Below are positions 32,907 through 41,892 of a DNA stretch of 64,000 bases, one piece after another (position 1 is the first letter of the stretch; each line of letters opens with the position of its first letter). Made by a program: the position numbers and the translations under genes. The notes below the pieces were generated by a model. That model searched no databases, was not told where the DNA came from, and worked only from the letters and a program-made list of their open reading frames with translations. Origin of the DNA: Thermodesulfobacteriota bacterium (GTDB lineage: Bacteria; Desulfobacterota_D; UBA1144; Nemesobacterales; JAJCZQ01); the NCBI GenBank assembly GCA_965203965.1, contig CBDBDR010000017.1, positions 278,440-342,439 on the forward strand. Reading direction: 5' to 3'.

Positions 32907-33092
32907 TCAGGTGCCAGAATCTTTTACGACATTCATGGGTGAAAGTGCAACCCTGACCAGTTCACCGGGTGTAGGTACTGATCCATCCGGGTTTCGAATC
33001 ATGACAATCTCTTCCTTTTCCACCTTTAACGGTTGATAACTATGTGACTTGACCCGAACAGTCGGACGGTCATCAAGGTTTCGCTGTGTCAT
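32907..33092 (-). CDS. Small (61 aa) GC-rich ORF tightly coupled downstream of the Type IIG RM gene; function unknown
   Basis: AAAGGAG RBS 7 nt before its ATG and only 16 nt after the RM stop. Same GC-rich composition as the RM gene. Confidence 0.4.
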   Translation of the reverse strand: MTQRNLDDRPTVRVKSHSYQPLKVEKEEIVMIRNPDGSVPTPGELVRVALSPMNVVKDSGT

Positions 33093-33108
33093 GTCTCATC
33101 TCCTTTCG

Positions 33109-36100
33109 TTAAACATCATTTTCCGCAGTATTTAGCGTCATCGTGATTGTCTTCATGATTTGGTCAGTCTCGGACAGGATTTTGAGGATGCTTTGATAAT
33201 GCTTCACATCCTCGAAGCTGAGAACGCGACCTTTGCGGTATTTGAGCCATTTCTGGGCGGGCTGATAGCCGCCAATGTAGAAATCCCATGATACGGCGGG
33301 CGCGTCGGCAAAATACTGGCTGTCATTGATCCAGACGCAGCCATCCTCGAAACGGAACTTGCCCACCTCGTTGTCACCGTCGCCCGTGAACGGGTAGGGG
33401 GTCGCACCGATTGAGGCAGGTTCCATCAGGTGGAGCTTGCGTAACTCCGCGCCCTTGGCGGACACGTCCCAGAATTCGTCTGGGGTGGTCGGCCACGGGA
33501 TGCGGGGGAAGTCGATTTTCAGGAACTCGGCATAGGTATCGCGATAAGCGGGACAATGCAGCACGCCATAGATGTAATCGAACACCTGCATCTCGTCGGG
33601 TTTGCCATCTTCGGGATGATCAGCCAGTTTTTGAATCTTCTTGTAAAGCTTTGGATCGAAATTCACCCGCTGAGTCTGATCGAGATCTTGTTCGTCGGGG
33701 TAGAGGTAGAGGGGGGCAAAGATTGATCCAGTTGTTGCCTCTCCGCACTTCACATCTGATACATACGTTGAGCAGTAGAAATGATTAACGCCCTTTTTGT
33801 TGCTTCGCGCTGTGATGAGTGAAATATTTGGATGTAACATATGTTTAGAAACATCCATTCTAGGCCATGAAACCAACGCAGGATGCAGAGCGACTTTCCT
33901 GTTATCAAAAGGCCGAAACGCATAGGGAACGATATAATCAAGGATGTTTCCACATGGAATGCGCTGTCTCTCTGCATCAAGCTTCCAATCTCTAGTGTCC
34001 CCCGCTGGAAATTTTTTGGAAGTCTGGGAAAAGAATTTCCTGCGAATAGTTTCTGTCGAGATGCTTTCGTCGCAAATTTCTGAAATTCTCTCCTGAATTT
34101 CTGCGTTGCTTTCTCCCACGGCAACAGGGTCACGAGATGTTTGTATCCCCGTAGTATTCAAAGGGAAAATCTCTACAATTGAGAAACCATTTTGATATGC
34201 AGGAGGAGCACTTACCCCTTTCCCGTTGAAGGTGAAATATGGCTCCGACGGATTCAATTTTTCTGATGAAATGCTGATGCGGTTAAGTGACTGAAGACGC
34301 TCATATTTAAGTTCACAACTTCCCCAAAGTTCAGAGAATGTGACTTCAGAGTTTCTGATCTGAGGTTGAGGCTTCTTCTTGATTGCTATGACTATCGAAA
34401 CACCCTGTTGGATATCGAATACGTTTTCATCCTTGATGCCATTTGGCGAAATTTCACCATGTTTGGAATTTCCATGTAAATCAACGACATGAATTTTGTC
34501 GAACGTCTGCATAAGGTGCCATCTCATTCCTCGAAAAGTCGGGTTGTCGAGGTAGCCATGGTTGGTGATGAAGCCAAGAATGCCTTCGCCGTTCTTTGCG
34601 ATCAGGCTCTCCGACAGGCGGATGAACTTGACGTAGTCATCATGCAAGGAGTGCTTTCGCTCTCCAAAGTGTTTGCCATCAACGTATTTGTAGTCCTCGA
34701 TCAGATTGCTGATCCAATCGCCCATGTTCTGCGAAATCCCAGAGTATGGTGGATTCCCGATCACGCACATGATGGGCATGTCGCGCTTGATTGTGTTCGC
34801 GCCCTTGGCCTCGCGGGATAGCCATTGCGTGAAAGGCAGGGTTTGGTTGGCAGGCTCGCCTTCCTCAAGGCTGTTGGTCAGATAGACTGACAGGCGCGGT
34901 GGGTTTCCCGTGGGCTTATAACCTAGCTCGGTCAGGATCATGTCGAGTTTCATATGGCACATGGCATAGGACGCCATGAGAAGCTCGAAGCCGTGCAGGC
35001 GGGGAATCAGATCGTCCTCGATGTATTTCGACCACATCGCGGGTGCGATGTCCTGAATCTTGGGTGCGATTTGCTTGATCACCTCGGCCAAAAACGTGCC
35101 TGTTCCTGTGGCAGGATCGAGGATTTGAACGCGGTGAACATCCTTCTTGATCGCGACGGGTTTGCCCTTCCTGTCGGTCTTGCCTGTGTCCCAGTCGATG
35201 GTCACTTTCGACGTGTCAGCCAGTCCATCGGGCAGGCTGAATTCCGTCTGCAAGACCTCGTCCACGGCGCGCACGATGAAATTCACAACGGGTTCGGGTG
35301 TGTACCAAACCCCTCGTGCCTTGCGTTTATCGGGGTTATAGGCAGCGAGGAATGTCTCGTAGAAATGAAGGAAGGGATCGTTCCGGCCCGTCAGCTTACC
35401 AAACCCCTCCATCAGCTTTGCCACATCACAGGCTTGGAACACGCGCGCAAGATCATCGATGATCCACGCGATGCGGTCGTCGAGATCATAACCAGCTATG
35501 TAGCTGAATAGCGAGCGCAGAAACGGGTTGGACTTGGGTAGCAGCTCCAATGCCTCCTGGCGGCTGAATGTGTCCAGACTGGTGTCGTGGAGCCGAGCTG
35601 CAAACATCCCATAGGCGATAGTTTCAGCATAAATGTCGGCGAAATCTTCTGCCTCGATGTTGTGGATCAGGTTTTCCCTGAACGCCTCATATTGTCCTAC
35701 AAGTTCTTCTGCATCGTCAGCCAGGGTATTTTGCAGCACATCCTTGATCAGAATGGCTTTACCTGCCATTCGTTCGGCCAGTTCACGGGGGCTGGTGATC
35801 GTTTGGGGCCTCTGGGCAACAAAATCCCGCAGTAGATTTTCGAGTGTCGTGTATTGATCCGGCTTCGGTTGAATGCCCGGAGTGAGGTCGGCGATGCGTA
35901 CCGAGGCGGTCAGTTCGCCGTCACGGTAAAAATCCCAATCAAGGCAGTTGGTATAGATCAGATTGGGTAGTGCAGCGCGGTAGCGTTCCTGTTGTGCCTT
36001 GTTGCTGCCTTTGAGGCCACGAATTCCAACGGGAATATCTTTGGCCTCAACGTGGCCGATCACAATATCACCCTGCGACACGATAAAATCAGGCGCACCA

Positions 36101-36258
36101 CATTCGATCTTTTTGGGTTCGTTCAGGGCTGTCACATCATCCGAAATCGAGGACAACAGATTTTGCAAGGTGGCGCGGTATGAGTGTTCCGTTGCATTGC
36201 CCGTATTATAAATGCTGGTGACTTCTACCAGATACCCTTGAATATTCAATGCCTGCAA
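33109..36258 (-). CDS. Single-chain Type IIG/IIL restriction-modification enzyme (MmeI family): N-terminal PD-(D/E)xK nuclease, gamma-class N6-adenine methyltransferase, target-recognition domain
   Basis: N-terminus …APDFIVSQGDIVIGHVEAKD… (D…EAK). Methyltransferase motif X GVWYTPEPVV, motif I DPATGTGTFL, motif IV GNPPYSG. 1049 aa. GC-rich relative to the genome. Confidence 0.75.
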   Translation of the reverse strand: MQALNIQGYLVEVTSIYNTGNATEHSYRATLQNLLSSISDDVTALNEPKKIECGAPDFIVSQGDIVIGHVEAKDIPVGIRGLKGSNKAQQERYRAALPNLIYTNCLDWDFYRDGELTASVRIADLTPGIQPKPDQYTTLENLLRDFVAQRPQTITSPRELAERMAGKAILIKDVLQNTLADDAEELVGQYEAFRENLIHNIEAEDFADIYAETIAYGMFAARLHDTSLDTFSRQEALELLPKSNPFLRSLFSYIAGYDLDDRIAWIIDDLARVFQACDVAKLMEGFGKLTGRNDPFLHFYETFLAAYNPDKRKARGVWYTPEPVVNFIVRAVDEVLQTEFSLPDGLADTSKVTIDWDTGKTDRKGKPVAIKKDVHRVQILDPATGTGTFLAEVIKQIAPKIQDIAPAMWSKYIEDDLIPRLHGFELLMASYAMCHMKLDMILTELGYKPTGNPPRLSVYLTNSLEEGEPANQTLPFTQWLSREAKGANTIKRDMPIMCVIGNPPYSGISQNMGDWISNLIEDYKYVDGKHFGERKHSLHDDYVKFIRLSESLIAKNGEGILGFITNHGYLDNPTFRGMRWHLMQTFDKIHVVDLHGNSKHGEISPNGIKDENVFDIQQGVSIVIAIKKKPQPQIRNSEVTFSELWGSCELKYERLQSLNRISISSEKLNPSEPYFTFNGKGVSAPPAYQNGFSIVEIFPLNTTGIQTSRDPVAVGESNAEIQERISEICDESISTETIRRKFFSQTSKKFPAGDTRDWKLDAERQRIPCGNILDYIVPYAFRPFDNRKVALHPALVSWPRMDVSKHMLHPNISLITARSNKKGVNHFYCSTYVSDVKCGEATTGSIFAPLYLYPDEQDLDQTQRVNFDPKLYKKIQKLADHPEDGKPDEMQVFDYIYGVLHCPAYRDTYAEFLKIDFPRIPWPTTPDEFWDVSAKGAELRKLHLMEPASIGATPYPFTGDGDNEVGKFRFEDGCVWINDSQYFADAPAVSWDFYIGGYQPAQKWLKYRKGRVLSFEDVKHYQSILKILSETDQIMKTITMTLNTAENDV

Positions 36259-37088
36259 AATCGCGCCCCGCTGCGTTTGTTGCCATCTGTGAACGGATGA
36301 TCCTTGACGATAAAGTACAGAAGATGCGCTGCCTTTTCTTCCAAACTTGGATAAACGTCTTTTCTAAAAGCGGATTGAAACACACCGCCGACGATACCCG
36401 TCACACTCCCGCTTTCTCGCTCCTGCCCGAAAATTTCCGTAGCTTCTTTTTTTCTCACGAATTCTTTTTTTAACACCACCAAAGCCGCTTTGAGATTTTC
36501 CGCCGTAAATGTTATCTGCTTCCTACTTGCCGCCGATTTTGGTAAACTGCCTTTATCATAAGCGTCTAGTGAAAACCAAGTACCCGCAAAAATACTGACA
36601 AGCTCCAAAATGTCCTTTGCTTTGACTTCATCGCTTGCGGGCAGCAAATCTCGTACGTTGGACACTGCTTGCATAAATTTTTTGTAGTTCTTCCCGGCGC
36701 GCTTTTTGTTGATCGAGTAGCCAAGGAGCAAGTGTTGTTTGAGTGTTTGGGTCGCCCAGATACGGAATTGCGTGGCTTGTTTAGAATTTACACGGTAGCC
36801 CGCAGAGAGTATAGCGTCTAAATTGTAATATTCTATTTGACGAGTTACTTGCCTCTTCCCTTCTTTTTGAACTGTTTCCAAAACGGAAACGGTTGATTTT
36901 CTGTTGAGTTCACCTGTCCGATAAATGTTTTTCAAATGCTTTGATATAGCAGGCCTCTGGACGTCAAATAAATCGGCGATTTGTTGTAAAGTCCCCCAGA
37001 TTGTATCCTTTTCAATATCCCCGCGAAACGCTATTTCTCCGTTTTCGGTTTGATACAAAACAATGTTCGGCTTAGTTTTCATGCTCAA
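36246..37088 (-). CDS. RhuM/Fic-DOC-family protein. The ORF ends only 8 aa after the Fic motif HPFTDGNKR, so it is probably C-terminally truncated.
   Basis: Fic motif HPFTDGNKRSG at the extreme C-terminus. The ORF overlaps the RM gene start by 13 nt. Confidence 0.55.
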   Translation of the reverse strand: MSMKTKPNIVLYQTENGEIAFRGDIEKDTIWGTLQQIADLFDVQRPAISKHLKNIYRTGELNRKSTVSVLETVQKEGKRQVTRQIEYYNLDAILSAGYRVNSKQATQFRIWATQTLKQHLLLGYSINKKRAGKNYKKFMQAVSNVRDLLPASDEVKAKDILELVSIFAGTWFSLDAYDKGSLPKSAASRKQITFTAENLKAALVVLKKEFVRKKEATEIFGQERESGSVTGIVGGVFQSAFRKDVYPSLEEKAAHLLYFIVKDHPFTDGNKRSGARFCRH

Positions 37089-37338
37089 CCCCGCTCAAAT
37101 TCTTCAAAATTCGCTTATTTAATTCCGCTTCTTCCTTGATCTGTTCCTCAAACTCATCTTTTATATCTTCTTCTCTAAATATATCCCTAAAACTCGCACC
37201 CTCTGCACTACTACCTATGGGTGATGTAAATACTTTGTTCTTATTAAACGGAGGATCTAAGTCAATACAGTCAGAGTTTATTCCTTCTAATACTTCAAGA
37301 TTGTCATGACAGAATATAGTTCTATTACTTACATTCAT
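37072..37338 (-). pseudogene. N-terminal fragment (88 aa) of a beta-class amino-methyltransferase (N4-C/N6-A) with a DPPF motif
   Basis: …IFCHDNLEVLEGINSDCIDLDPPFN… matches methyltransferase N-termini of the PF01555 type. Full-length enzymes are more than 250 aa. Confidence 0.5.
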
Positions 37339-37339
37339 C

Positions 37340-37364
37340 TAATAATTTCAGTAATTTGGTTCAT
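37340..37364. repeat. 25-bp exact direct repeat (taataatttcagtaatttggttcat), copy 1. On the minus strand it encodes MNQITEII, matching a piece of the IS1595 transposase C-terminal region.
   Basis: Identical 25-mer at 41936-41960, inside the IS1595 transposase fragment ORF. Confidence 0.7.
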
Positions 37365-37402
37365 CATTCTCACCGCACTATTGTATATAATTCCTTGTTT
37401 TT

Positions 37403-37753
37403 TTAAGTGCTTGAAAACTGTTTGCTTATAATACTGTTGTAGTAAAAGTCAATTGTATGCTCTATTGATTTCAAGAACAGATCAATGATTTCTTTCTGAC
37501 CTTCTTCTGATTTTATAAAGTTTGATACGTCTGTTTCTTTTTTTAGTCTGAGATTCAGAACTTCGGAGAATGATTCTGTAATGGTTTGCCGATCATCTTC
37601 AAGCATTGTTTCTATCAATGCCTGATCTTGGACGTCATATTTTTTGTTTGCAATTGCAGTTGAGAGGTTGTCTATAAATTCAGGAACTACCAGTTTAGGA
37701 TGGCTTTCTTTTACAATGGACTCAAAGGTTTTTATGAGGTCTTGAGAGTACAT
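37403..37753 (-). CDS. Hypothetical acidic protein (116 aa)
   Basis: ORF only; no recognisable motifs. Confidence 0.35.
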   Translation of the reverse strand: MYSQDLIKTFESIVKESHPKLVVPEFIDNLSTAIANKKYDVQDQALIETMLEDDRQTITESFSEVLNLRLKKETDVSNFIKSEEGQKEIIDLFLKSIEHTIDFYYNSIISKQFSST

Positions 37754-37795
37754 ATTATTGAATTTCTTATTCTATAATTCAGTCTATAAAGAACT

Positions 37796-38821
37796 TCAGT
37801 TTTTAAAGCCGTCAATATTTTCCAGAAGAGCAGTGATAAGTTTGATCGTGTTTTTTATATCTTCTTTGTATGCAATGGAACTTGGGCTATGCAAATATCT
37901 GGTGGGTACTGATATTACTGCGGCACGGCTTCCCTTTCCTGTTACCTGCATTGCGGTGGCGTTCGTTCCACCTGCCTTTTTGACCGTGATCTGGGTTGGT
38001 ATATCTTTCTTTTCTGCAAGTTCATTTATATCAAAAGAAAATTTTCTATCTGCCACCAAATACCTATCGGACAGCCTTATTTCGGGTCCTTTACCAACAT
38101 TTGCAAGAGATTTGTCTGCAGGTATACCCGGGACGTCCATTGCCACGGTGCCTTCCAGAGCAACAACAAAATCAGGTTCAACAACAGGGGTTATAAGCCT
38201 TGCCCCTCTTAATCCCGTTTCTTCCTGAACCGTTGCCGTAACAAAAAGATCACATTTTATATTAGGGTTTTTACTCAATGCTTCAATTATGATGAACAAG
38301 CCCATTCTATCATCCAATGCCTTTGAAATTACCGCGTCTTCAGTTTCTGTGAACTTGGTGTCAAATGATGCAAAATCTCCAACTTTGACCAAACTCTTAA
38401 CTTTTTCAGCCGATAATCCAACGTCAACCACGCAGTCCTCAATTTCCGGAACTTCTTTGTTATTGCTGCCTTTGCTTACGTGGGGAGGAATAGCTGCTAC
38501 CATACCGACAAGCTGGGTTTTACCCCACACTACTAACCTTTGAGCGTAATAAACCCGTGGATCTATGCCACCGAGAGGGGTCAATCTTATAAAACCGTTG
38601 TCATCTATATGGTGAACCATAAATCCGACTTCATCCGTATGAGCGTCAAGGACGACCCTGGGACCCTGTCCTTTTATATGTGCAATGATATTTCCCATTG
38701 CATCCTTGGAAATATCTTTTGTGAACTTTTTCAATTCATCAGTAACAACGTCACTTATGAGGTCTTCTCCGCCTGGCATGCCCGGGGTGTTGCATAATAT
38801 TTTCAACAACTCTATGTTCAT
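37796..38821 (-). CDS. M42-family metallo-aminopeptidase (FrvX/CelM-like)
   Basis: 341 aa with M42 family features (…VLDAHTDEVGFMV…, …DDRMGLFIIIEAL…). Confidence 0.85.
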   Translation of the reverse strand: MNIELLKILCNTPGMPGGEDLISDVVTDELKKFTKDISKDAMGNIIAHIKGQGPRVVLDAHTDEVGFMVHHIDDNGFIRLTPLGGIDPRVYYAQRLVVWGKTQLVGMVAAIPPHVSKGSNNKEVPEIEDCVVDVGLSAEKVKSLVKVGDFASFDTKFTETEDAVISKALDDRMGLFIIIEALSKNPNIKCDLFVTATVQEETGLRGARLITPVVEPDFVVALEGTVAMDVPGIPADKSLANVGKGPEIRLSDRYLVADRKFSFDINELAEKKDIPTQITVKKAGGTNATAMQVTGKGSRAAVISVPTRYLHSPSSIAYKEDIKNTIKLITALLENIDGFKN

Positions 38822-38902
38822 AGTTTTTTGATTATAGTCTAAAACCCATTATTTTCCAGATTTTAATTGATTTGATGGGCTGAAAATTCTAATATTTACA
38901 TT

Positions 38903-40261
38903 ATGGATGAGAAACTATATCCCGCTAACAATCCTCCCCTGTTTGTCCAGCCAGAGTCTACCAAACCCCTTGCCGAAAGACTGAGGCCACAAAGACTGGA
39001 AGACGTCGTTGGTCAAGATCATTTATTGGGAGAACAAGGGATGATAAAAAAGATGATAGAAGCAGGTGCACTTCAACCCATGATTTTCTGGGGCCCTCCA
39101 GGGACTGGCAAAACGACCCTTGCCCAGATCATAGCAGATAAGATCAATGCCATTGTATACTCTATAAATGCAATATCCTCAGGTGTTAAAGACCTACGGG
39201 AAGTAATTGAAAAGGCAAAAGAGTCTATACTGACGGGTAAAAAAACAGTTTTATTTGTGGATGAAATTCACAGGTTCAACAAAGCACAGCAGTCAGCTCT
39301 TTTGAAAAGCGTGGAAGATGGAACGGTTGTGCTTATCGGTACCACCACTGAAAACCCTTCTTTTGAAGTTATTGCTCCTCTTTTGTCACGGTCTCAGGTC
39401 TACACTTTAAATTCACTCAATGAAGATGACCTGAATGAAATTTTGAGACGTGCTTTGGAAAACATCCCAACCCTTGATACAAAGAACAAAGGTTCTCATC
39501 TAAAAATTAATATAGATAACAAAGCCAGAAGTGAGTTGATCAGGTTGGCAGGTGGGGATGCGAGAGTTATGCTTAACGCTCTGGAAACTGCAATTCATAC
39601 CACTTCTCCCGTTAATAATGGAATAACAATAGATATAAACACGGTAAAGCAAGCATACCAGACCAGCAGATACAGGTATGATCAATCTGGGGAAGATCAT
39701 TACAACACCATTTCAGCTTTTATCAAGAGTGTGAGGGGCAGTGATCCCGATGCTTCAGTTTACTATCTGGCAAAGATGATAGAAGCAGGTGAAGATGTTA
39801 AGTTCATTGCAAGGAGACTTATAATACTTGCTTCGGAAGATATAGGGAACGCGGAGCCTTATGCACTTACTCTGTCAACAAGTTGCTTTACAGCTGTAAA
39901 TTACGTTGGTTTACCGGAAGCGGGGTTGATACTTGCACAGACTGCAACCTATCTTGCAAGTTGTCCAAAGAGCAATGCCTCTTACTTAGCACTTGGTAAA
40001 GCAGTTGAAGATGTTAGGTCAAAGCCAAATCTTGAAGTGCCAATGCATTTGAGAAATGCACCGACAAAACTTATGAAGGAACTTGGATACGGTAAAAACT
40101 ACAAATATTCACATAACTATGATGAGCATTTTGTAGATCAGGACTTTCTGCCTAAAGGATTGAGGGATAAAATATATTACAAACCAAATGAAATAGGGCG
40201 TGAAGTCTCGCTCAAAAAATACCTTGAAACCAAGTGGAAAAAGAGGCAAAAAAAGGATTAA
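38903..40261 (+). CDS. rarA: Replication-associated recombination protein A (AAA+ ATPase RarA/MgsA)
   Basis: Walker [14 protein letters not shown], Walker [13 protein letters not shown]-terminal MgsA domains. Confidence 0.9.
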   Translation: MDEKLYPANNPPLFVQPESTKPLAERLRPQRLEDVVGQDHLLGEQGMIKKMIEAGALQPMIFWGPPGTGKTTLAQIIADKINAIVYSINAISSGVKDLREVIEKAKESILTGKKTVLFVDEIHRFNKAQQSALLKSVEDGTVVLIGTTTENPSFEVIAPLLSRSQVYTLNSLNEDDLNEILRRALENIPTLDTKNKGSHLKINIDNKARSELIRLAGGDARVMLNALETAIHTTSPVNNGITIDINTVKQAYQTSRYRYDQSGEDHYNTISAFIKSVRGSDPDASVYYLAKMIEAGEDVKFIARRLIILASEDIGNAEPYALTLSTSCFTAVNYVGLPEAGLILAQTATYLASCPKSNASYLALGKAVEDVRSKPNLEVPMHLRNAPTKLMKELGYGKNYKYSHNYDEHFVDQDFLPKGLRDKIYYKPNEIGREVSLKKYLETKWKKRQKKD

Positions 40262-40641
40262 TCTTTTCTTTCTATCAATTCCACCTTGTAACCATCTGGG
40301 TCTTCAAAGAACGCAATAACGGTGTTTCCGTGCTTCATTGGGCCAGGAGGTCTTGTCAGCCTACCACCGAGTTTTTCTATTTTTTCGCAAGCCAGATATA
40401 TATCTTCAACCCCAAAAGCTATGTGTCCATAGCCATTACCCAGATCATATTTGGAAGTATCCCAGTTATGTGTCAACTCTAAAAATGGTTCAGTATCGTC
40501 CCCGTAACCCAGAAATGCGAGGCTGAATTTTCCATCGGGATACTGTGTAGTCCTATGATGTTTGAGTCCCAATGATTCCGTGTAGAATTTTATTGATCTT
40601 TCAAGATCACCGACCCGTATCATTGTATGAAGGTATTTCAT
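40258..40641 (-). CDS. gloA: Lactoylglutathione lyase (glyoxalase I)
   Basis: 127 aa. [27 protein letters not shown]… is classic GloA. Confidence 0.85.
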   Translation of the reverse strand: MKYLHTMIRVGDLERSIKFYTESLGLKHHRTTQYPDGKFSLAFLGYGDDTEPFLELTHNWDTSKYDLGNGYGHIAFGVEDIYLACEKIEKLGGRLTRPPGPMKHGNTVIAFFEDPDGYKVELIERKD

Positions 40642-41017
40642 TTTTAGGCTCCTACTCTAAAGTTTGGGGGTTATATACCTACTTACCCGAACTGATATAA
40701 CTACTTATACTATGATTAAGTTTTATCTTTTGTTGGTTTGTAGTTTATATTGGGGATTGTTTTATCAGTAGGTTGTAAGTCATTTTGAGGTAGATTTCTC
40801 TTTTGAGTATCCGTTTTCTTTTTAGCGAATGTAGCATCTACGACTTCTTCCATAGTTGCTCTTATCGGTGGTATGATTTTTTGTTTTCTACCCATTTTTG
40901 ATATTTACCTGTTTTAACGTCTTTACCTACTTTGCACTAACGTTTATTATACCTACTGATTTATACACTTATGTATTAAGAGCTAAGAAATACGTATTTT
41001 ATAACAAATAAAGTTAC

Positions 41018-41305
41018 TTATACTGACATTAGTATAGTTGGAATTAATATTACTCTCGCTATCCATTTTATGGTGTTAATACCACCATATAACTTATTTA
41101 ACTTTTTTGTATCTTTCCTTACTTTTTTCATATCCTTTCTTACTTCACCTATATCTTCTCTCATATCATTTCTTAATTCGGTGAATTGAGTATTCATCAA
41201 GTTAATGATATCTGTATTTGTAGGTATATCTTGCATAAAAACTAAACTCCTTTCTAATGTAGTTTTTTTCTCACTGGTAATATCATATTCACCATCCATA
41301 TTCAC
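41018..41305 (-). CDS. Small coiled-coil protein with a C-terminal TM segment (XhlA-like/phage-associated)
   Basis: 95 aa. Lys/Arg/Asp-rich coiled-coil …ELRNDMREDIGEVRKDMKKVRKD… and C-terminal hydrophobic helix IKWIARVILIPTILMSV. Confidence 0.3.
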   Translation of the reverse strand: MNMDGEYDITSEKKTTLERSLVFMQDIPTNTDIINLMNTQFTELRNDMREDIGEVRKDMKKVRKDTKKLNKLYGGINTIKWIARVILIPTILMSV

Positions 41306-41466
41306 ATTTATACATTAGTTTTTAGCAAGAATTTAGCAACCCTGACTTTGGGACTTCCTAGTAAGTGGGTATGAATGAATTTCACCTCACACTTTTACCC
41401 ATTGTTAGGGTTGCTACTTTTTTTACTGTGATTGTTTAATATATAAGTAAATCATAAAAAACTACT

Positions 41467-41661
41467 ATGAAAGTCAGAGAAATAATAAAATTAATAAAAG
41501 ATGATGGGTGGTATCTAGATAAACACAAAGCAACAAGTCATAGGCAATTCAAACATCCATCTAAGCCAGGTAAAGTAACAGTAGCTGGAAATTTAGGAAA
41601 GGAATTAAAGAAAGGAACAGAACATAGTATAATTAAACAAGCAGGAATACAATTACATTAA
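41467..41661 (+). CDS. hicA: HicA-family toxin (mRNA interferase) of a type II toxin-antitoxin system
   Basis: 64 aa. …LIKDDGWYLDKHKATSHRQFKHPSKPGKVTVAG… (YcfA/HicA signature). Confidence 0.8.
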   Translation: MKVREIIKLIKDDGWYLDKHKATSHRQFKHPSKPGKVTVAGNLGKELKKGTEHSIIKQAGIQLH

Positions 41662-41670
41662 AAACGGAGG

Positions 41671-41892
41671 TTGATAACAATGAAAAACAAATATCTTATT
41701 ATAATTGAAAAAACAGGCAATGGTTATAGTGCTTATGCTCCTGATCTTCCAGGATGTATAGCTGCTGCGGACACCCTTGAAGAAACCAGACAACTTATGT
41801 CTGAAGCCATTGAATTTCATATAGAGGGACTAAAAGAAGATAACTATGCCGTACCTCAACCAATAAGTGTTGCCGGATATGTTACCTGCTAA
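41671..41892 (+). CDS. hicB: HicB-family antitoxin (UPF0150)
   Basis: 73 aa. …YLIIIEKTGNGYSAYAPDLPGCIAAADTLEE…. Confidence 0.7.
   Translation: MITMKNKYLIIIEKTGNGYSAYAPDLPGCIAAADTLEETRQLMSEAIEFHIEGLKEDNYAVPQPISVAGYVTC

Noticed and set aside
33204-36211. Numerous 60-185-aa ORFs on both strands inside the Type IIG RM gene (e.g. 33411-33788, 34954-35511)
   Set aside because: The GC-rich sequence yields long stop-free antisense and off-frame ORFs. They are all nested in a gene with clear motif support.
37758-38228. 156-aa plus-strand ORF
   Set aside because: Antisense to the well-supported M42 peptidase gene.
40716-40896. Possible 59-aa minus-strand gene (MGRKQKIIPPIR…TKDKT) in the AT-rich gap downstream of gloA
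   Set aside because: Careful re-translation shows the frame from the ATG hits a stop after ~24 codons. The Lys-rich tail (MEEVVDATFAKKKTDTQKRN…) is in a different frame. At best a frameshifted relic.
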